DNA of 64,000 bases from Gemmatimonadota bacterium (GTDB lineage Bacteria; Gemmatimonadota; Gemmatimonadetes; Palauibacterales; Palauibacteraceae): positions 2,784,001 through 2,848,000 of the forward strand of contig OY762926.1 of the NCBI GenBank assembly GCA_963666735.1, read 5' to 3'. Below, piece after piece: positions 57,928-64,000 of this stretch. A program made the translations under genes and the position numbers. Under the pieces are notes generated by a model. That model saw only the letters and a list, made by a program, of their open reading frames with translations, had not been told where the DNA came from and did no database searches. Positions within the stretch are counted from its first letter, which is position 1; every line of letters begins with the position of its first letter.

Positions 57928-60053
57928 GCGAGATCGGCGCGCCGACCAGGTGGAGGCTCAGGCTCGCCGCGGTCGTGGCGGGTTTCGCGCTCGTGGCGAG
58001 TCCCGCGGCCGGCGTCGGGGCGCTTCAGGCGCAGTCGCACGTGACGGTGGACATCGGGGCCCGGGATCCCGCGTTCTCGCCGGACGGATCCACGATCGCG
58101 GTCTCCATCCTGGGGAAGATCTGGACGCTTCCCGCCGAGGGCGGCACGGCGCGCCAGCTCACGGACGGGGCCACGTGGGACACGCGCCCCGCCTGGTCGC
58201 CGGACGGTCGCTTCCTCGCCTACGCCGCGAGATCCCGCGCCGGGGCGGACATTCTCGTCCGCAACATGGCCACGGGTGGCGTCCGCTTCCTGCATGGCGT
58301 CCCGGGGTCGGTCGGGCACATGCAGTTCCATCCGGACGGAAGCCAGCTCTTCTTCGTGGACGACCGCTCGCAGTACGAGGCGCACGTGTGGCGGATCCCG
58401 CTGGCGGGCGGCGAGGCGGAGCAGATCACTCACACGCGGAACTGGCACGAGTGGTCGTTCGCCCTCTCGCCGGACGGCAGCCGCATCCTCCTCGAGACGG
58501 GGCGCTTCGACGGCACGGATCTGTACGAACTCGACTTGGAGGAGATGTCGCTCGAGCGGGTCACGGACACGTCCGAGCGGGAAATGGCGGTGGCGTGGAG
58601 CCCGGACGGGACGCGCCGGGCGCATGTGGCGACACACAATGGTAACGACGTGCTCTGGGTGTCGGTGCCCGGGCAGCTGCAGCGCTTCTTGAGCGCCTTC
58701 GACCAGAAGCAACTCGCGTTCCATCCCTCCGGCGAGTGGCTGCTCGTCCTCGGGGGCCGGCGGATGCAGCGGCTGGATCTGGAGAGCGGAGAGTTCACTC
58801 CGATTCCCTTCGAGGCCCGGTTCGAGGTCGCCGGGGATCCCGCCGACGATCTGCTGATCACGAACGTCCGCCTGTTCGACGGCACGGGCGACGAAGCGGT
58901 CCCCGCGGCGGCGGTCCTCGTCCGGGACGGGAGGATCACGGACGTGCGGATGGGGGAGGACGCCGGGATTCCCGAGGTCGGTCCGGGGACGCCGGTCATC
59001 GCTGGCGGCGGCCGCATGCTGCTCCCGGGGTTGATGGACAACCACTACCACTACTGGCAGCCCCTCGCCGGCGCCGATCTGCTCGCGGCCGGGGTCACGG
59101 CGATCCGCGATCCGGGCTCGGCGATCCAGGACGCGATGGACTTCAAGGATGCGGTGCGTCTGGGCGTGCTCGCGGGCCCCGACGTGTACACGGCCGGTCC
59201 GCTGATCGACGGCCCCGCCGGCTACCACCCCATGGTCGACGTGAGCATAGACAACCCCGCGGCCGCCCCGGCGCTGGTCCGCGCGCTCAAGGACCAGGGC
59301 GTCGATCTGCTCAAGGCGTACTTCCTCCTCGACCCGGAGGTGCTTGCGGCCGTCGTGGCCGAGGCGCGCCTTCAGGGCCTGCCGGTCACGGGGCACATCG
59401 GCGTCCGCACGAGTTGGCGCCAGGCGATCGAGGCCGGGATCAGCGGCTTCAACCACATCCGGGTGTGGCGCGACTTCCTGCCGCCCGAGATCCAGGCCGA
59501 CGGTCGCGACATGTCGCTCGACGGCGGGCGAAACCCCGTCGGGCGCATGCAGGCGGACTGGCGGGAGATCGATCCGGCGAGCCCGGAGGTGATGTCTCTC
59601 CTCGAACTCATGGCCGAGACGGAGACGGGACTCGACCCCACCCTCTTCATTCAGGAGATCGACGACGGTGACCGCACGCGCTTCTCGCTCGAGGAGTTCC
59701 ACAACGGACAGCAGGCCTACGAGCGCATGGGCGAATTCGTCCGGCGCGCGGTGGAGGTCGGAGTTCCGCTGCTCGCGGGCACGGACAACGTCGGGCTGTT
59801 CAACGAACTCGAGGCGTACGCGAAGGCCGGTGTGCCGAACGCCGCCATCCTGCGGGCCGCGACCGCGAACGGCGCGCGCTGGCTCGGGAAGGAGGACGAC
59901 TTCGGGACGGTGCAGCCGGGGCGCCGGGCGCACCTGATCCTCGTGGACGGCGACCCGCTGGAGGACATTGCCGACCTGCGCAACATCGATCTCGTGGTGA
60001 AGGACGGCGTGATCGTCTTCGGCGGTCCCCCGGCGGAGCCGCTGGTCCCGTGA
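57924..60053 (+). CDS. Exported PD40/TolB-repeat + amidohydrolase
   Basis: P.(F/W)SPDG repeats; PGLMDNHYH, GVTAIRD, TGH, NH, AGTD. Confidence 0.85.
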   Translation: MSEIGAPTRWRLRLAAVVAGFALVASPAAGVGALQAQSHVTVDIGARDPAFSPDGSTIAVSILGKIWTLPAEGGTARQLTDGATWDTRPAWSPDGRFLAYAARSRAGADILVRNMATGGVRFLHGVPGSVGHMQFHPDGSQLFFVDDRSQYEAHVWRIPLAGGEAEQITHTRNWHEWSFALSPDGSRILLETGRFDGTDLYELDLEEMSLERVTDTSEREMAVAWSPDGTRRAHVATHNGNDVLWVSVPGQLQRFLSAFDQKQLAFHPSGEWLLVLGGRRMQRLDLESGEFTPIPFEARFEVAGDPADDLLITNVRLFDGTGDEAVPAAAVLVRDGRITDVRMGEDAGIPEVGPGTPVIAGGGRMLLPGLMDNHYHYWQPLAGADLLAAGVTAIRDPGSAIQDAMDFKDAVRLGVLAGPDVYTAGPLIDGPAGYHPMVDVSIDNPAAAPALVRALKDQGVDLLKAYFLLDPEVLAAVVAEARLQGLPVTGHIGVRTSWRQAIEAGISGFNHIRVWRDFLPPEIQADGRDMSLDGGRNPVGRMQADWREIDPASPEVMSLLELMAETETGLDPTLFIQEIDDGDRTRFSLEEFHNGQQAYERMGEFVRRAVEVGVPLLAGTDNVGLFNELEAYAKAGVPNAAILRAATANGARWLGKEDDFGTVQPGRRAHLILVDGDPLEDIADLRNIDLVVKDGVIVFGGPPAEPLVP

Positions 60054-60829
60054 TGGACCCGGTTCTGGCGGGGGTTCTCAAGGCCGCCGCCGTCGAGGCA
60101 GTCGCCACCGCGGCGCTGCAGGTGGAGCCTGCGGGCGGACTCCTCCCGGCGCTCTCCGACAACCCGTTCCTCGCGCTCGGCGCGCTCTTCGGGGCGGGCG
60201 TGCTCACGAGTACGAACCCGTGCATCTGGCCGATGATCCCGATCACGTTCTCCGTCATCTCGGGCACAGCGGGCGAGGACCAGCCGCGAAGGCGCACCAT
60301 CGGACTCACGCTCACGTATGCTCTCGGGCTCGCGCTCCTCTATTCAGTGCTGGGTGTCATCGCCGGCCTCAGCGGCACCGTGCTCGGCTCCATTGGCGCA
60401 AGCTTCTGGGCGCTGTTCGCGACCGGCAATCTCCTTCTCTTCTTCTCGCTGTTCATGCTCGATGTGTTCCCCGTCCCGGTGCCGAAGCGGCTCCTGGCGT
60501 GGGCGAGCAGCCGCGGCGGAGGGTCCTACCGGGCCGTGTTCCTGCTCGGCGCGACCTCCGGCATCGTGGCCGCGCCGTGCGGCGCTCCCGCCTTCGCCGT
60601 GGTCCTGACCTGGGTCGTCGCCGAACAGGCCGGGCTCATGGGGTTCGTCTACCTGTTCACCTTCTCCATCGGCATGACCGCCGTGCTCATCGCGGTGGGT
60701 CTCTTCTCGGGAACGGTCGCGGTGTTGCCGAAGTCGGGAACGTGGATGATCTGGATGAAACGGGCCGCCGCCGTCATCATGATCGGGATGGCGCAGTTCT
60801 ACCTCATCCGGGCGGGATATTTTCTGTGA
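60050..60829 (+). CDS. CcdA/DsbD transmembrane electron transporter
   Basis: G.LTSTNPCIWPMIPIT and AAPCGAP motifs; LPKSG.WM. Confidence 0.88.
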   Translation: MMDPVLAGVLKAAAVEAVATAALQVEPAGGLLPALSDNPFLALGALFGAGVLTSTNPCIWPMIPITFSVISGTAGEDQPRRRTIGLTLTYALGLALLYSVLGVIAGLSGTVLGSIGASFWALFATGNLLLFFSLFMLDVFPVPVPKRLLAWASSRGGGSYRAVFLLGATSGIVAAPCGAPAFAVVLTWVVAEQAGLMGFVYLFTFSIGMTAVLIAVGLFSGTVAVLPKSGTWMIWMKRAAAVIMIGMAQFYLIRAGYFL

Positions 60830-61422
60830 TCTTTGAATCTGCAAACCTTGAATTCAGACGGATCGCTCTGTCGGCGATCGTTGCGTTGGTCACGCTTGCC
60901 GGTCCCCTGAGCGGTCAGGCGGGCGCGGGGCAGGTGAGCCTCGCCACCGGCACGGCGGGACCCGACGCCGCGCTCGAGGATCTGGACGGAAACGCCGTCC
61001 AACTCCTCGACTACGCCGCCGGCAAGCCCACGCTCATCGAGTTCTGGGCCGCGTGGTGCGAGCAGTGCGAGGGCCTCCAACCCGAGATCGACGAAGTGGT
61101 GGCCGACTACGGGGAGCAGGTGAACGTCGTCGCCGTCGCCGTGGCCGTGGCCCAGTCGCTGCGGCGGGTCCGGCGCCACGCGGAATCCCACGGGGCCGAA
61201 TACCCCTACCTGTGGGATGCCGAGGGCGAGGCGGTGCGTGCCTACTCCGCGACCACGACCTCGATCGTCGTGATCCTCGACGCGGAAGGGAAGGTCGCCT
61301 ACACCGGCGTCGGCCCCGACCAGGACCTCGTCGGAGCCGTCACCGGAATCCTCGCAGCTCAGCAAGCGGGAGAGGATTTAGCTCCTACGGGTCGGCGGGC
61401 TCCGGCGTCACCTCGTCGATGA
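60826..61422 (+). CDS. TlpA-like exported thiol-disulfide reductase
   Basis: GTG start overlapping the ccdA stop; signal peptide; LEDLDG, EFWAAWCEQC. Confidence 0.85.
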   Translation: MIFESANLEFRRIALSAIVALVTLAGPLSGQAGAGQVSLATGTAGPDAALEDLDGNAVQLLDYAAGKPTLIEFWAAWCEQCEGLQPEIDEVVADYGEQVNVVAVAVAVAQSLRRVRRHAESHGAEYPYLWDAEGEAVRAYSATTTSIVVILDAEGKVAYTGVGPDQDLVGAVTGILAAQQAGEDLAPTGRRAPASPRR

Positions 61423-61981
61423 TGGCGGCCAACTCGTCGTAGGCGGCGGGGTCGACCTGGTTGAAGCTCGGGATCACCCCAGCCACGCGTCCGTCGGGCC
61501 CGACGACGATCACGGCGCGGCTGTCCACCGCGTTGCTTTCCCTCAGGCCTCCGCCGAAGGCGACGTACGTCCCCCCGTCGTTGTCCGCGTCGCTTCCGAA
61601 CAGGAAGGGGAAGTCCTCGTCCTTCAGCCATGACGCGAGTTCGTCGACCGGGTCGTTCGAGATGCCGACGAGGACCACGTTCCGGCCCTCGTTGAATACG
61701 CTTGCGTACTGATCACGGTACGCTCTCATCTGAACCGTTCAGCCACGCGTCCTGACTCTGAAGAAGAAGGCGAGGACGACGGTCTCGCCCCGGTAGTCGC
61801 TGAGCCGGACCGGGTTCTCCAGCGCCCCGTACCGCGTCGCGCCCGGCAGCGCGAAGTCCGGCGCCATCTCGCCCACGGCGAGCAGTTGCGAGTCCTGCGC
61901 GCTCACCGGGGCCGCGCCTCCGATGGCGAGCGTTCCGGCCAGGCCCAGCGCGAGGGCTGCGGCGAGGACAAGTCTCCGCAT
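61385..61981 (-). CDS. Exported peroxiredoxin (AhpC/TSA, BCP-like), probable selenoprotein read through UGA at 61739-61741
   Basis: ORFs 61739-61981 and 61385-61729 share one frame: GEMAPDFAL...LSDYRGETVVLAFFFRVRTRG*TVQMRAYRD...VGISND...FPFLFGSD...RAVIVVGPDG; hairpin 3' of the UGA. Confidence 0.8.
61704..61723 (-). promoter_or_regulatory. Putative bacterial SECIS hairpin
   Basis: GCGTAC-CGTGATCA-GTACGC beginning at nt 16 after the UGA. Confidence 0.6.
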
Positions 61982-62127
61982 GTCTCGGTCCTTTCGTGCG
62001 GGTGGAAGACGGGTGGAAGAGCCATGCCGAAGGGTGGCGCGCCCCCCGCGTTCGCGCCAGAGTTGAGAAACGCCTCGCCGCCGGAGGCCGAAGTCAGATT
62101 CCGACCCCGCCCTCGAGGAGGCGCCCC

Positions 62128-63603
62128 ATGACCCATCAATTCCGAGGCCGTCCGTGGCGTCGCGCCGCCGCCTTCGTCGTCGCCATCGTGCTCGCGGCTC
62201 CAGCGTCCGGGTGCGCCCAGGGGAACGGCGACCCCGCGAACGATCCGCGGTTCGAGCAGGCGGTGGCGCTGTTCGAAGCCTGGCTCGACGCGAAGATGGC
62301 GTACGAGAAGATCCCGGGCGTGTCCGCCGCGCTCGTGCATGACCAGGATCTCGTATGGGCCCGGGGGTACGGGTACGCGCACCGCGAGACCGAGGTCCCC
62401 GCGACCCCGTCGACCATGTATTCGGTGTGCTCGATCTCGAAGCTCTTCACCTCGATCGGCGTGATGCAGCAGAGGGACGAGGGCAAGCTGGATCTCGACG
62501 ATCCCGTCTCCGACCACCTCCCGTGGTACGACCTCGAACAGGTGTACGCCGACGGTCCGAGCGTGGACGTGGAGGGGATCCTCACCCACTCCTCGGGCCT
62601 GCCGCGCGAATCGGCGCACCCCTACTGGACGGGTCCCGACCATCCCTTCCCCACGGCGGACGAGATCATCGAAGGGCTCGCGGAGCAGGAGACGCTCTAC
62701 CCCGGACGCCGCTACTTCCAGTACTCGAACCTGGGGATGGCGCTGGCGGGCCAGTTGATCGAGCAGGCCTCCGGGATGGCGTACGACGAATACATCCGCA
62801 GCCGGATCCTGGAGCCGCTGGGGATGCCGGACACCTACCCCGACATTCCCGTCGAGCACAGGGGCGGCCGCTACGCCACCGGATATTCGCGGCTCGAGCG
62901 GGACGGCCAACGGGCCGAGGCCCCCTTCTTCCAGGCGCTGGGGATGGCGTCGGCCGCGGGGTTCGCCTCCACCGTGGAGGATCTGGCGCGCCTCGCGTCG
63001 TGGCAGTTCCGGCTGCTGGAGAACGGCGGGACGGAGATTCTCGACGCGAACACGCTGAGGGAGATGCACCGCGTGCACTGGGTCGACCCCGACTTCGACA
63101 CGATGTGGGGGCTCGGGTTCGCGGTCTCGCGCCGCGACGGGGAACGCGCGGTGGGCCACGGCGGGAGTTGCCCGGGCTTCCGCTCGACCTTCCAGCTCGT
63201 TCCGGCGAAGAAGCTGGCGGGCGTGGTGATGATGAACGCTCTCGCCAACCCCACCGACGTGTGGACGAAGATGATGGCGACGCTCGGCGCGGCGTTCGAG
63301 GAGATCCGGAGCGACCCGGGCGGCGGCACCGCGCGCCCGGCTTCTCTGGCGGAGTACGAGGGACTGTACCAGTCCACGTGGGGAGAGACGGTCATCCTGC
63401 GCTGGGACGATGGTCTCGCGGCGCTCGGCGTTCCCTCGAACGATCCGCTCGAAGCGATGACGAAGCTGCGGCACGAGGGCGGCGATACGTTCCGGCGCAT
63501 ACGGGACGACGGCGAACCGGGAGAGGCGTACATCTTCCACCGGGAGGACGGCGCCATCGCCCGGTACAGCGTCCATGGGAACTTCTCGAACAAGGTCCGG
63601 TAG
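62128..63603 (+). CDS. Serine hydrolase, beta-lactamase (class C-like) family, with C-terminal DUF3471-like domain
   Basis: CSISK (SxxK), LTHSSG, QYSN (YxN), GHGG. Confidence 0.88.
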   Translation: MTHQFRGRPWRRAAAFVVAIVLAAPASGCAQGNGDPANDPRFEQAVALFEAWLDAKMAYEKIPGVSAALVHDQDLVWARGYGYAHRETEVPATPSTMYSVCSISKLFTSIGVMQQRDEGKLDLDDPVSDHLPWYDLEQVYADGPSVDVEGILTHSSGLPRESAHPYWTGPDHPFPTADEIIEGLAEQETLYPGRRYFQYSNLGMALAGQLIEQASGMAYDEYIRSRILEPLGMPDTYPDIPVEHRGGRYATGYSRLERDGQRAEAPFFQALGMASAAGFASTVEDLARLASWQFRLLENGGTEILDANTLREMHRVHWVDPDFDTMWGLGFAVSRRDGERAVGHGGSCPGFRSTFQLVPAKKLAGVVMMNALANPTDVWTKMMATLGAAFEEIRSDPGGGTARPASLAEYEGLYQSTWGETVILRWDDGLAALGVPSNDPLEAMTKLRHEGGDTFRRIRDDGEPGEAYIFHREDGAIARYSVHGNFSNKVR

Positions 63604-63609
63604 CGGGCG

Positions 63610-64000
63610 ATGACGACGGCGACGACAACTCTTTCCGGTTCTTCCGGCAGCCTCATTCCCGAGGCGGCGATGCGCGAAGGGAACGACCCGATCTTCGCCC
63701 TGCACGGGGAGGCGGTGCGGCGGGCCGCGGCGGGCGAGTCGATCCTGAACTCGACGCTCGGGGCGCTGATGAACGACGACGGGAGCCTCGCGGTGATGCC
63801 CGCGGCCGCCGAGGCGCTGGCGCGCGTGCCGCACGCGCGGGCCGCCGGCTATGCGCCGATCTCGGGCGACCCTCCGTACCTGGCCGCCGTGATCGCGGAC
63901 CTCTGCGGGGAGGGCGGTCTGGCCGGACAGGCGGTCGCCGTCGCGACGCCGGGGAGCACCGGGGCGATCCACCACGCGATCCTCAACTTCCTCGAACCGG
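63610..64000 (+). CDS. Aminotransferase class I/II (aspartate aminotransferase-like), runs off the window end
   Basis: DPIFAL...ILNSTLGAL...YAPISGDP.YL...ATPGSTGAI. Confidence 0.75.
   Translation, partial: MTTATTTLSGSSGSLIPEAAMREGNDPIFALHGEAVRRAAAGESILNSTLGALMNDDGSLAVMPAAAEALARVPHARAAGYAPISGDPPYLAAVIADLCGEGGLAGQAVAVATPGSTGAIHHAILNFLEP

Noticed and set aside
62128..63603. Antibiotic-resistance beta-lactamase controlled by the BlaI/M56 pair
   Set aside because: Generic serine hydrolase ~50 kb away, with no ACGAC-N5-GTCGT box seen upstream.

Overview
High-GC bacterial chromosome segment. Gene content and the many exported proteins suggest Gemmatimonadota, possibly a marine host-associated lineage (inference only). 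It holds about 50 CDS, many of them exported hydrolases or repeat proteins (FG-GAP/ASPIC, VPS10/BNR, M14 peptidase, amidohydrolases, creatininase-like, beta-lactamase-like). Other content: two intact type II TA pairs, a BlaR1/BlaI-type regulator with a tandem operator, a glycosyltransferase/sulfotransferase cluster, tyrA and msrB. Main observations: (1) an exported peroxiredoxin-like gene (61385-61981) split by an in-frame UGA at the catalytic Cys position and followed by a SECIS-like hairpin, so probably a selenoprotein, facing ccdA-tlpA; (2) a DUF1592-DUF1552-ankyrin operon converging on an operon for a creatininase-like protein, an unknown secreted protein and a heme-c/copper-monooxygenase-like protein, a candidate uncharacterised periplasmic redox system; (3) between them a ~6 kb zone of nested IS remnants (IS1380, IS630, IS21, IS1111, IS1634), including an IS1111 derivative that keeps its bridge/seekRNA-type non-coding end and a passenger pair (beta-propeller plus Cys/His-rich secreted protein); (4) repeated in-frame deletions that look microhomology-mediated. 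No rRNA, tRNA or CRISPR array was seen. Family calls come from motif recognition by eye, not database searches.
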